Assembly: GCA_031423845.1 (NCBI GenBank)
Contig: JANPGD010000054.1
Span: 1,058 to 65,057, forward strand
Source: Hyphomicrobiales bacterium
GTDB taxonomy: Bacteria > Pseudomonadota > Alphaproteobacteria > Rhizobiales > Aestuariivirgaceae
Direction of reading: 5' to 3'
Length of the DNA stretch: 64,000 bases
The position numbers and the translations under genes were made by a program. Position 1 is the first letter of the stretch. Each line of letters starts with the position of its first letter. Positions 51,140 to 60,649 of this stretch are shown here, piece by piece. The notes under the pieces were generated by a model. That model was not told the origin of the DNA. It worked only from the letters and a program-made list of their open reading frames with translations, and searched no databases.

Positions 51140-51394
51140 ATGGCCGTTAGAGATCTATTTGCGAGCGCAACTTTGCCGGAACATTTCGTGCGTGGTGCTA
51201 TTGGCATTGGCGCCTATTACACAGCTGGAAAACTGCTGGCCTTGCCATCAATGATCTCTCTGGTCGCGGCTGTGGCACTGGGAATTGCCTCGCTCGTCAT
51301 CATGCGTGGTTGCCCTGTGTGCTGGACGATCGGCTTGATGAACACAACCCGAAATAAAGTGTGCCCCATTCCATCACCCAAGCGTGATTTGTAG
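51140..51394 (+). CDS. Small two-TM protein with RGCPVCW
   Basis: 84-aa ORF with hydrophobic helices and a CPxC motif. Confidence 0.7.
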   Translation: MAVRDLFASATLPEHFVRGAIGIGAYYTAGKLLALPSMISLVAAVALGIASLVIMRGCPVCWTIGLMNTTRNKVCPIPSPKRDL

Positions 51395-51423
51395 GTGTTT
51401 TTGTTTTTGCCCATATTGAGGGC

Positions 51424-52155
51424 ATGGAAAACAATCTTGCTTTCACCCGCCGCAAAGCCCTTGGTCTGGTCGCCGCTGGCTTAGCCGCACCATTCATCAC
51501 AACTGAAGCCTCAGCAGCCTCTGCGCCTGTGCTGGTGGAGCTTTTCACCAGCCAAGGCTGCTCATCATGCCCACCTGCAGATCGTTTGGCGGGTTCTCTC
51601 GCAAACCAACCCGGTGTGATGGTTGTCTCTTTTAATGTGGATTACTGGGATTATCTAGGTTGGCGTGATACGCTTGCCAGCCCTGCCTACACTAAACGCC
51701 AAATGGATTATGCCCATGGGCGCGGCGATAATGATGTTTACACGCCGCAAATGGTGATCAATGGTTCGGCCCATGTGGTAGGTAGCAATAAGGGCTCAGT
51801 TGAAAGCGCGATTGCAAATGCACGGCGTTCATTTTCGTTGAATATGAGTGCTACTGATAATGAAATTAAAATTGATATGCCAAATGGTGAAGCGAGCACT
51901 GCTACATTGTGGGTGATGTCGATTGCATCGGCTGTAAATGTTAAAATTGAACGTGGTGAAAATATTGGCAAAACCGTCACCTATCACAACGTGGTGCGTA
52001 AGCTTTCCAATGTCGCCACATGGAATGGCGCGTCGTCGTCCATCACCTTGCCGCGCAAAGGTATATTGTCGGGTGATTGCCGCAGCTGCATTGTTGTTTT
52101 GCAAAAGGGCCTTGTGGGACCAATCATCGGCATTGGTAAATTTAACGAAATTTAA
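51424..52155 (+). CDS. DUF1223 thioredoxin-like exported protein
   Basis: TRRKAL Tat-like signal, VELFTSQGCSSCPPAD, VDYWDYLGW, YTPQ. Confidence 0.92.
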   Translation: MENNLAFTRRKALGLVAAGLAAPFITTEASAASAPVLVELFTSQGCSSCPPADRLAGSLANQPGVMVVSFNVDYWDYLGWRDTLASPAYTKRQMDYAHGRGDNDVYTPQMVINGSAHVVGSNKGSVESAIANARRSFSLNMSATDNEIKIDMPNGEASTATLWVMSIASAVNVKIERGENIGKTVTYHNVVRKLSNVATWNGASSSITLPRKGILSGDCRSCIVVLQKGLVGPIIGIGKFNEI

Positions 52156-52206
52156 GTCCTCACGTTTTCGTGAGATTTTGCTAGCCCTTTGTGACTGATC
52201 CAACCT

Positions 52207-52232
52207 GAACCATAAGCTTAATCCTCCCGTTT
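52207..52232 (+). promoter_or_regulatory. ECF-type promoter candidate for the fasciclin genes
   Basis: TGAACC-N15-CGTTT upstream of 52287. Confidence 0.4.
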
Positions 52233-52286
52233 CATATTCAGATCGTGCAATTGAGCAAGATCAGAAATTCAAATCGGGAGACGACT

Positions 52287-52832
52287 ATGCGCAAGACAAT
52301 TATTGCATCGCTTTTACTTGGCCTCATCTCAACAGCATCCTTCGCTGCCAACCCAATGGTGGGTGGTTCAGAAATGTTCCCAGCCAAGAACATTGTTGAA
52401 AATGCAATGAACTCCAAGGATCACACAACATTGGTAGCTGCTGTTGCTGCTGCTGGTTTGGTAGATACATTGAAGAGTGCAGGCCCTTTTACAGTGTTTG
52501 CGCCAACCAATGATGCCTTTGCGAAATTGCCAGCAGGCACAGTGGAAACATTGTTGAAGCCAGAAAACAAAGACAAGCTTGTGAAGATTCTCACCTGCCA
52601 TGTGATTGGTGCCAAGGCGATGGCTGCTGACGTGATGGCAATGGTTAAGACTGATGGCGGAATGCACAAGGTGAAGACTGTAGGCGGTTGTGAGCTGACA
52701 TTGAAAGTAGACGGCGACAAAGTAACGGTAACCGACGAAGCCGGCGGCGTTGCGAACGTGACGATTGCTGACGTTACGCAATCAAACGGCGTCATCCACG
52801 TGATCGACAGTGTGTTGCTGCCAAAAATGTAA
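52287..52832 (+). CDS. Fasciclin (FAS1) domain protein 1
   Basis: Signal peptide, [21 protein letters not shown]. Confidence 0.94.
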   Translation: MRKTIIASLLLGLISTASFAANPMVGGSEMFPAKNIVENAMNSKDHTTLVAAVAAAGLVDTLKSAGPFTVFAPTNDAFAKLPAGTVETLLKPENKDKLVKILTCHVIGAKAMAADVMAMVKTDGGMHKVKTVGGCELTLKVDGDKVTVTDEAGGVANVTIADVTQSNGVIHVIDSVLLPKM

Positions 52833-52843
52833 GGACGGCGACG

Positions 52844-52886
52844 GCAGCGGGCCAAGTTTCATTGGCTCTGGTCCGCTGCAATTTTT
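52844..52886 (+). terminator. Intrinsic terminator-like hairpin
   Basis: GCAGCGGGCCA...TGGTCCGCTGC followed by AATTTTT. Confidence 0.6.
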
Positions 52887-52922
52887 CAAGCAATCACAAA
52901 CTCATTCAAAGGAATTTTAAAA

Positions 52923-53474
52923 ATGTTGAAAACATCCCTCATAGCACTTGCTCTCGTCATTGGCGTTTCGAGCGGTGCAGCAATTGCAAAGACCCCTATG
53001 GTTGGTGGCGCTAAGATGTTCCCATCCAAAACAATCGTCCAAAATGCTTCTAAAGCTCGGAATTTGACAACGCTTGTTGCAGCAGTTGGTGCGGCTGGAT
53101 TAGTGGACACGCTTTCGAGCGCTGGCCCCTTTACAGTATTTGCTCCAACAAATGAAGCTTTTGCAGCCCTGCCTACCGGCACAGTTGAAAACTTGCTGAA
53201 GCCAGAAAACAAAGCGACACTCACTAAAATCCTCACCTGTCATGTTGTGTCAGGTAAGGTGATGGCCAAAGCTGTTATGGGTATGGTAAAAGATGACGGC
53301 GGTGCACATTCAGTGAAAACGGTTGGCGGTTGCACCCTGACTTTCAAAATCAAGGGCAAGAGCGTGACGGTAACCGATGAATCCGGCGGTGTGGCTGTTG
53401 TTTCTCAAGCTGATGTTGTTCAATCCAACGGCGTTGTGCATGTGATTAACAAAGTGCTGTTGCCGAAGATGTAA
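52923..53474 (+). CDS. Fasciclin (FAS1) domain protein 2, tandem paralogue
   Basis: [21 protein letters not shown]; both copies end in VLLPKM. Confidence 0.94.
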   Translation: MLKTSLIALALVIGVSSGAAIAKTPMVGGAKMFPSKTIVQNASKARNLTTLVAAVGAAGLVDTLSSAGPFTVFAPTNEAFAALPTGTVENLLKPENKATLTKILTCHVVSGKVMAKAVMGMVKDDGGAHSVKTVGGCTLTFKIKGKSVTVTDESGGVAVVSQADVVQSNGVVHVINKVLLPKM

Positions 53475-53491
53475 TCGAACTAGTTTTTGGA

Positions 53492-53523
53492 AAGGGGCCA
53501 AGCATTAGTTTGCTTGGCCTTTT
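53492..53523 (+). terminator. Intrinsic terminator
   Basis: GGCCAAGCA-loop-TGCTTGGCC-TTTTT. Confidence 0.75.
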
Positions 53524-53603
53524 GCATTGGTGTTAAAATATCACATCAGCAATGCACCGATTGCATATACGGTATCCCCAAATAAGGCGCATACCAGCTT
53601 CCC

Positions 53604-53620
53604 ATGTTGCGCTGCAACAT
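53604..53620. promoter_or_regulatory. Palindrome upstream of kup (PhaR/AniA-like GC-N3-GC core)
   Basis: ATGTTGC-GCT-GCAACAT. Confidence 0.5.
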
Positions 53621-53636
53621 TAACAGGAGAAGTCAT

Positions 53637-55565
53637 ATGACCACCACTCAAACTGCAAGCGGAGATGAAGACGCCGCCGCAATTCAGGGACACGGCCTCG
53701 CACGGCCGAGTAGTTTCTTAGTTTTAGCTTTAGGGTCCATCGGCGTTGTTTACGGCGATATCGGCACCAGCCCTATTTACGCGTTTCGTGAAGCCATCAA
53801 AGCCGCAATGGGCGAAAATGGCACCGTTAGCCAGCCTATCGTATTTGGCATTTTATCGTTGATGATCTGGGCGCTCATCCTTGTTGTCACCGTTAAATAT
53901 GTTTTGATCATGCTCAACGCCGATAATCGCGGTGAAGGTGGCATTCTTTCACTCATGGCGGTGGCCCAGCGCGGGCGCGGCAAATTTTTTATTATCATCC
54001 CCATTCTCGGCATGATTGGTGCGGCCTTGTTTTATGGCGACGCGATGATCACGCCTGCAATTTCCGTATTGTCGGCGGTGGAAGGCCTCAGCCTCGTCAC
54101 ACACGCGCTTGATCCCTATATATTACCGATCACTTTGTTGATCATTGTTATACTATTTGCCGCCCAATCTTATGGCACCGCAAAAGTGGCGCAGCTCTTT
54201 GGCCCGATAACCTTGGTGTGGTTTGGCGTTTTGGCTGTGTCGGGATTCACCCATATCCTCAGCTATCCAGCAATTTTACAATCAGCCAATCCGATTCATG
54301 GCTTCAATTTTATGATGGCCAATGGCAAGCTTGGCTTGCTCACGGCGGGTGCGGTATTCTTGGTGGTGACAGGTGGTGAAGCACTTTACGCTGACCTTGG
54401 CCATTTTGGCAAAAACCCCATTCGCTATGCTTGGTTTGTTGTGGTGCTGCCTTCTTTGCTGCTTAATTATTTGGGCCAAGGTGCATTGTTGTTGAACAAC
54501 CCTGCAGCTTTAGAAAACCCTTTCTTTATTATGATGCCGCAATGGGCCTTGCTGCCAGTGGTGATTTTGGCAACAGCAGCCACAATCATCGCCAGCCAGG
54601 CCGTTATTACCGGAGCCTTCTCACTCACCCGCCAGGCCATTCAGCTGGGCTTGTTGCCACGCATGCAAGTGTTGTTCACCAGCGCTTCAACCTCCGGCCA
54701 AATCTATATGCCGCAAGTGAATTGGATAGTTATGATCGGGGTTATTCTGCTGGTGCTGGCCTTCAAATCATCTTCAAATTTGGCCGCAGCTTATGGCATT
54801 GCCGTTTCTGGCACCATGGTTGTCACCACCATCCTCGCCATGTTTGTGGTGCGCAATCGTTGGAAATGGTCATACCCTTCAACCTATGCGGTGATGCTGC
54901 CATTGCTGGCTATCGACATTTCCTTCCTTGGTGCCAATAGCTTGAAAGTGGCTGAAGGCGGCTGGGTTCCTCTCAGCATTGGCGCAGCTATTTTCGCTGC
55001 AATGTGGACATGGCGAAAAGGTGTTTTGCAGATTAGAAACGCGATCAAAAAATCTGCACTACCACTCAAATCTTTGGTTTCTTCGTTGAATAAGTCCACT
55101 TCAGTTCACCGCGTCAAAGGCACGGCTGTTTACTTCACTTCGCAGAAAGACAATGCCCCATCGGCTTTGTTGCACAGCATGAAACATTTCAAAGTGCTGC
55201 ACGAAAACAACTTCATTTTGAATTTGGATTTGGCTGATGTGCCTTATGTCGAAGAGGGCAAGCAAATCGTCGTCACAAAACTTGCTGATGGTTTTTGGAG
55301 TGTGAATGCAAAATTTGGCTATCTTGATTCAACTGATATTCCAAAAGCACTGACCCGCACGAAATGCGGCGGTGTAACGTTTGAAAACATGCAAACCACT
55401 TACTTCTTGTCGCGTCGCTCATTGCAACGCTCTAAAACCAGTGAACTTTCATTGTGGCAAAGTCTGTTGTTTGTAACGCTTTCCAGAAATGCCGATGATG
55501 CAAGCCGATATTTCCATCTGCCTGCGGACCGTGTGGTGGAAATTGGAAGTCGTCAAGAACTATAG
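53637..55565 (+). CDS. kup: Potassium uptake protein
   Basis: GVVYGDIGTSPIY, GEGG, TPAISVLSAVEG, EALYADLGHF; start 53637 behind AGGAG. Confidence 0.96.
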   Translation: MTTTQTASGDEDAAAIQGHGLARPSSFLVLALGSIGVVYGDIGTSPIYAFREAIKAAMGENGTVSQPIVFGILSLMIWALILVVTVKYVLIMLNADNRGEGGILSLMAVAQRGRGKFFIIIPILGMIGAALFYGDAMITPAISVLSAVEGLSLVTHALDPYILPITLLIIVILFAAQSYGTAKVAQLFGPITLVWFGVLAVSGFTHILSYPAILQSANPIHGFNFMMANGKLGLLTAGAVFLVVTGGEALYADLGHFGKNPIRYAWFVVVLPSLLLNYLGQGALLLNNPAALENPFFIMMPQWALLPVVILATAATIIASQAVITGAFSLTRQAIQLGLLPRMQVLFTSASTSGQIYMPQVNWIVMIGVILLVLAFKSSSNLAAAYGIAVSGTMVVTTILAMFVVRNRWKWSYPSTYAVMLPLLAIDISFLGANSLKVAEGGWVPLSIGAAIFAAMWTWRKGVLQIRNAIKKSALPLKSLVSSLNKSTSVHRVKGTAVYFTSQKDNAPSALLHSMKHFKVLHENNFILNLDLADVPYVEEGKQIVVTKLADGFWSVNAKFGYLDSTDIPKALTRTKCGGVTFENMQTTYFLSRRSLQRSKTSELSLWQSLLFVTLSRNADDASRYFHLPADRVVEIGSRQEL

Positions 55566-55566
55566 A

Positions 55567-55600
55567 AAAAGGGCGGGTGTATTCCCGCCCTTTCGTTTTT
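55567..55600. terminator. Bidirectional terminator
   Basis: AAAAGGGCGGG-tgtatt-CCCGCCCTTT between convergent genes. Confidence 0.8.
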
Positions 55601-56530
55601 AGAACGGCGAATCTGGGAAATAGAATTCCGCAGCGTTTTCTTTGGTCACCAATGTGGCATCTAAAATATAGCGGCCACGCACGGGCACTTTGTCCATAAG
55701 GCCAGCTACAGTAAGCTCAATCGCTGTCCCCACCATGGCTGGTGGATAAAGCACGTTGATGGGCATCATGGCATCGCCATCGGAAACTTTCTTCACCATT
55801 TCCTTCATGCCAGCACCGCCAACCACCAATTTCACATCTGAGCGGTTTGCATTTTTGATGGCTTCCAGAACACCCACAGCCATATCGTCATCTTGGCACC
55901 ACACAGCGTCAATCTTCGGATACTTGGTGAGGTAATCCTGCATCACTTTGAAGGCGTCATCACGCGACCAATTGCCGAACTGGCTATCGAGCACTTTAAT
56001 TTCACTGCCAGCAATCGCGTCAGCAAAACCCTTTTGGCGTTCTTCATCGATGACGATTGGCATACCTCGAATAATCACCACGTCGGCTTTGCCTAAAGCA
56101 CCTTTCATATAATCACCAGCCACTTTGCCCAAAGCGGGATTGTTGCCGGCGACATAAATATCATTGATGGTTGGATCAGAAAGGGCACGGTCAACCACGG
56201 TGATAAACACACCTTTGGCTTTAACGGCTTTCAATGGTCCGGTGAGTTCATCTGAGTTATGAGGAAGCACGACCAGCGCGTTTATGCCTTGCGTTGTAAG
56301 ATCCTCCAAAGCAGAAGCTTGCGAAGCGCCATCTGGTGACGTTTTCACAATCACTTTCAGGCCCTTGTGGGTAGCTTCTAAAGCTTTAGCGATGCGTTCC
56401 GCGTGATAGACCACACCACCCGTCCAACCGTGGTCGGCAGCGGGTATTGATACAGCAACGGTGAGAGCCGTATCATCGGCCTTTGCTCCAGTTGCAGCAG
56501 CAGCCACAGCAGCAGCGGCGGCAAATCCAA
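55599..56530 (-). pseudogene. Sugar ABC substrate-binding protein missing its 5' end
   Basis: Mature domain is open (PAADHGWTGG, QDDDMA), but the signal peptide starts mid-way (GFAAAAAVAAAATGAKA) and is joined directly to permease sequence. Confidence 0.75.
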
Positions 56531-57067
56531 AATGACGAGCAGCGGAATGGGCAGGCCAAGCAATGTGCCTTTATATACCGGCGCGTAAATATCTTTCAGC
56601 GCAGGGCTGATAGAGATTGAACCCCCATTGGCCAGATAAGTGAACAGCGAACGCATAATCACTATGGTGCCCAGCGTGGCTATGAACGGTTCAATTTTTC
56701 CGACCGTGATGATAAACTCGTTTGCTAAACCACAAAGGCCCCCCACCGCAATGGCCAAACCTATGGCCAAAGCGATAGTGCCCACTCCGGCGTCAGCCTC
56801 TTGTGACTTTAAAAATAGCAGCATCACACCCGCTGTGAATGCCGCCATGGAGCCCACTGAAAGATCCAACCCACCTGCCGCCATAACAAACGTTGCGCCT
56901 ATTGCAATGATTGCAATGAACGATGTGCGCGTGGCAACATTTTGAATGAGATTATCGAACGTCAAAAAATTAGGGTGTACGAAACTGCCCAGCAAGATGA
57001 GAGCGATCAGCGCAATGAACGGAGCTGCACCGCGAACGTCAAAGTTTTTGAAATCGAATAAAGGCAT
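56531..57067 (-). pseudogene. Truncated RbsC-type sugar ABC permease
   Basis: GGLDLSVGS and PFIATLG present; similarity stops at LGLPIPLLVIL (about 180 aa), so the C-terminal part is absent. Confidence 0.8.
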
Positions 57068-58599
57068 TAGGCAGCGTCCTTATGTGTGCCGGTGGCCAGC
57101 ATCACGATTTTATTTTCGGTAATGTTTTTACCCGTCACTTCGCCGACAATGGCACCGTTACGCATGACGATGATACGGTGGCAAAGCCCAATAAGCTCCG
57201 GCATTTCAGAAGAGATCACCACCACCGCTTTTCCAGCTTTGGCGAGGCCTGATATGAATTCATAAATCTGTTTCTTCGCGCCAATATCCACACCGCGTGT
57301 TGGCTCATCAACCACGACAACGTCTGGGTTCAGCAACATCATTTTAGCCAGCAATAATTTTTGCTGGTTGCCGCCAGAAAGTTGGCCAGCGTCCATTTTT
57401 CGAGACTTGGCGCGAATATCAAACTCTTCAAATGCAGCATCTAAAGCTTTCGCCTCTCGGCTTGTATCCATCAAAAATCCAGCTGTGAAACTCTCGGCAG
57501 TGGCCAGTGTGAGATTGTTGGTCAGCGGAGAAGCCAACAGCAGACCTTTGCCTTTGCGATCCTCAGTGACATAGGCAATGCCCTCATCCATCGCTTGTCT
57601 GGGAGTTTTGAAATCCACTGCTTTACCATTCTTAAGCACGCGTCCTTTGCCAAAGCGCAAACCCAAAACGCCCTCAAGTAATTCTGTGCGGCCAGCACCA
57701 ATCAGACACGCAAATCCTAATATCTCACCCTTCGCTACCGAGAAACTGGCATGATGCACAAATCCTGGAACTGAGAAATCTTCGACCTGTAAGGCAGGGG
57801 CTCTATCATGCTGCGTGGGCTTTGCAGGGTAGAGTTCTCCCATCTCTCGGCCTACTATCAGATTGGCCATTTGCGCGGGCGTGAGATCATTCGTGCTAAA
57901 GGTGCCAACCGATTTTCCATCGCGCAGAATGCTCACGCGGTCTGAAATGCGTTTCACTTCGTCCAATTTGTGAGAGATATAAATAACCCCACAACCTTGT
58001 TGTTTAAGACGGGCAATCACTCCGAACAGAGCCTCACTTTCCACTGGGGTTAAAGTGGCTGTGGGTTCATCAAAAATGACGAAGTGATGTTCACCAGAAA
58101 GAGCGCGTGCAATTTGCACCAACTGGCGATTGGCAATTGATAAGTCCTCCACCCGCGCTGTGGGGCTGGCCAAGCAGTCTAACTCTGCAAGCGCCGTGGC
58201 GGTTTGCGCATTCATCTTCACGTCATCCACCAGCAGCCCACGGCGCAACTCGCGCCCTAGAAAAATATTTTGCGCCACAGTTAAATGCGATGCCAACAAG
58301 ATTTCCTGATGCACCAAAACGATGCCCGCTTTTTCGGCTTCCTTTGGAGAAGCAAATTTAACATCCGTCTTCGCCAAATTAAGTTGGCCTTGCGTGGCGG
58401 TGAGATAATCACCAAGTATTTTCATCAATGTGGATTTGCCAGCACCATTCTCACCAATAATGGCGTGAACCTCGCCGCGCCTGAAATCCAAACTCACATC
58501 ATGCAGCACGGTGTTGCCCGCAAAAACCATGCGCGCATTGCTCACTGCAAATCGGTTTTCATCTCGTTGCTGAGTCTGGTTCACGAACGTCCCATTCAT
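57067..58599 (-). CDS. RbsA-type sugar ABC ATPase (two NBDs), possibly decaying
   Basis: GENGAGKS, DEPT, EDRKGKG, LSGGNQQK. Confidence 0.88.
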   Translation of the reverse strand: MNGTFVNQTQQRDENRFAVSNARMVFAGNTVLHDVSLDFRRGEVHAIIGENGAGKSTLMKILGDYLTATQGQLNLAKTDVKFASPKEAEKAGIVLVHQEILLASHLTVAQNIFLGRELRRGLLVDDVKMNAQTATALAELDCLASPTARVEDLSIANRQLVQIARALSGEHHFVIFDEPTATLTPVESEALFGVIARLKQQGCGVIYISHKLDEVKRISDRVSILRDGKSVGTFSTNDLTPAQMANLIVGREMGELYPAKPTQHDRAPALQVEDFSVPGFVHHASFSVAKGEILGFACLIGAGRTELLEGVLGLRFGKGRVLKNGKAVDFKTPRQAMDEGIAYVTEDRKGKGLLLASPLTNNLTLATAESFTAGFLMDTSREAKALDAAFEEFDIRAKSRKMDAGQLSGGNQQKLLLAKMMLLNPDVVVVDEPTRGVDIGAKKQIYEFISGLAKAGKAVVVISSEMPELIGLCHRIIVMRNGAIVGEVTGKNITENKIVMLATGTHKDAA

Positions 58600-58660
58600 C
58601 AGTTATATTTTTAACCGTTTGATCAAAACTTTTCTACAGATGCGTGGGGTTGTCAAACAC

Positions 58661-58674
58661 TCAAAGCGCTTTGA
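58661..58674. promoter_or_regulatory. LacI-family operator-like palindrome
   Basis: TCAAAGCGCTTTGA, perfect 14-mer next to a minus-strand TTGACA (58651-58656). Confidence 0.6.
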
Positions 58675-58706
58675 AAAGCAGAAAATTAAATAATTGTAGG
58701 ATAAAT

Positions 58707-58739
58707 AAAAATGCCGCCGTCACAGGTGTGACGACGGCA
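58707..58739 (-). terminator. Intrinsic terminator after asd
   Basis: TGCCGTCGTCAC...GTGACGGCGGCA-TTTTT on the minus strand. Confidence 0.75.
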
Positions 58740-58763
58740 GGCGTTCAGTCCAATCAAAAGTGA

Positions 58764-59801
58764 TCATGCCACTTTTTTGAGCAATCCACGATTGATAATG
58801 CATTCGGCAATTTGCACGGTGTTCAATGCGGCACCTTTGCGCAGGTTGTCCGACACCACCCACAAGTTCAAACCATTCTCAATCGTTGAATCTTCACGGA
58901 TGCGGCTGATGAATGTGGCGTAATCGCCAGCGCATTCGACAGGTGTAATGTATCCACCTTCTTCGCGCTTGTCGATCACCATGCAACCCGGTGCTTCACG
59001 CAGAATATCGCGTGCCTCATCGGCAGTGATGGGTGATTCAAATTCGATGTTCACAGCTTCCGAATGGCCAACGAACACCGGCACGCGCACGCAAGTGGCT
59101 GTCACTTTGATTTTTGGATCGAGAATTTTCTTGGTCTCAACAACCATTTTCCACTCTTCTTTGGTATCGCCAGAATCCAAGAACACATCAATTTGTGGAA
59201 TCACGTTAAACGCAATCTGCTTAGTGAATTTCCTCGGCGTCGGGTGGTCATTCACAAATATACCTTTGGTTTGAATCCAAAGTTCATCCATGCCTTCCTT
59301 ACCCGCACCTGAAACCGACTGGTAAGTGGCAACCACCACACGCTTGATCTTGGCCACATCATGCAAAGGCTTTAGCGCCACAACCAGCTGTGCTGTAGAG
59401 CAATTCGGGTTGGCGATAATGTTGCGCCTAGTATTGCGCTTCATATACTCTTCCAGCGCGTGAGCATTCACTTCCGGAACGATCAACGGCACTTCTTGGT
59501 CATAACGCCAGCATGAGGAGTTATCGATCACGATAGGCCCCAGCGCACCAATTTTCGGTGACCAGATTTTTGAAATTTCAGAACCAGCTGACATCAAAAC
59601 GAAATCAACTTTTGAGAAATCAAATTGCTCAAGGTCCTTGCACTTTAAAATCTTGTCGCCAAAGCTCACTTCCATGCCAATTGAACGGCGCGAAGCAATG
59701 GCAAAGCATTCATCCACCGGGAATTCCCGCTCGGACAGAATGTTCAACATTTCACGGCCCACATTTCCGGTGGCGCCTACGACTGCAACTTTATAACCCA
59801 T
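58764..59801 (-). CDS. asd: Aspartate-semialdehyde dehydrogenase
   Basis: GATGNVG, ANPNCST, YQSVSGAG, RVPVFVGH, DNLRKGAA; start moved to 59801. Confidence 0.97.
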   Translation of the reverse strand: MGYKVAVVGATGNVGREMLNILSEREFPVDECFAIASRRSIGMEVSFGDKILKCKDLEQFDFSKVDFVLMSAGSEISKIWSPKIGALGPIVIDNSSCWRYDQEVPLIVPEVNAHALEEYMKRNTRRNIIANPNCSTAQLVVALKPLHDVAKIKRVVVATYQSVSGAGKEGMDELWIQTKGIFVNDHPTPRKFTKQIAFNVIPQIDVFLDSGDTKEEWKMVVETKKILDPKIKVTATCVRVPVFVGHSEAVNIEFESPITADEARDILREAPGCMVIDKREEGGYITPVECAGDYATFISRIREDSTIENGLNLWVVSDNLRKGAALNTVQIAECIINRGLLKKVA

Positions 59802-59907
59802 CAGACTTCTTCCTTTTTCCGGTCCGCCCCCAAGAGCCAAGGCTCCATCATCGGTCCAATCTATCGACCATCCACCCCCGCGGGGGTGATTGACCGGGGG
59901 AGGGGCC

Positions 59908-60003
59908 TTAGGCCGTTTTTGTGGTGTGTTTGGCAGTGGTCGAGCAGAAACGCGCTGCGCTGGCAGCGGTGGATTTGCGTTTTATGGTCAAAGTCCTGCT
60001 CAT
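59908..60003 (-). CDS. Putative asd leader peptide (31 aa, Thr/Lys-rich)
   Basis: MSRTLTIKRKSTAASAARFCSTTAKHTTKTA*; 8 Thr, 4 Lys; too short for the ORF track. Confidence 0.7.
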   Translation of the reverse strand: MSRTLTIKRKSTAASAARFCSTTAKHTTKTA

Positions 60004-60011
60004 AGAGCGGG

Positions 60012-60039
60012 CTTCTAGCATTTTCAGCCCTCAAGTCAA
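60012..60039 (-). promoter_or_regulatory. Sigma70-like promoter for the asd leader
   Basis: TTGACT-N16-TAGAAG ending 8 nt before the leader ATG; no Shine-Dalgarno. Confidence 0.55.
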
Positions 60040-60115
60040 TCGAGGCCTAACAAAGGGGTTGGCAGTCGTGCACGGCTTCGCTAATGAACGCCCACGACCG
60101 AATTTTACACTTCGC

Positions 60116-60208
<93 letters not shown>

Positions 60209-60649
60209 ATTCCTGCGATATGCATAATAGTTCTGGCGCTATCATGAACCGTGCAAACCGCTAGCCAATTGCGCCTGCGTCCTTTGCCAATGAAGTCCAG
60301 TCTAGATGACCGCGAAAACATATTTTTCTGCGCACAAGTTTTGTTGCGCGCCTATGATGGATGGGAACGACAATCCCAATAAAACAATATGTTTGCAGGC
60401 ATCGTGTGCACTGGGTGTGCAGTAAGGGAAGGCTTTTTCCGTGAACCGAAGTGAATTAATCTTGAAAACGGTCAGTCCCATTCTCCAAGCCATTGCGATT
60501 TGAATTTCAAAAAGTACCTTATCTCTCAGTCCATTAAACCGGCAGCAATCCCTATATGAAACAAGTCAGTGGGGCGAAACCACATCCGCACTTCAATCTA
60601 CCCCAGTTTTTTCCAAGGGCTTGGGAAATAAGTGTGGTCTATCGACAAC

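Noticed and set aside
60302-60493. Small ORFs downstream of tRNA-Ser
   Set aside because: No recognisable family motif or convincing RBS; treated as non-coding or decayed DNA.
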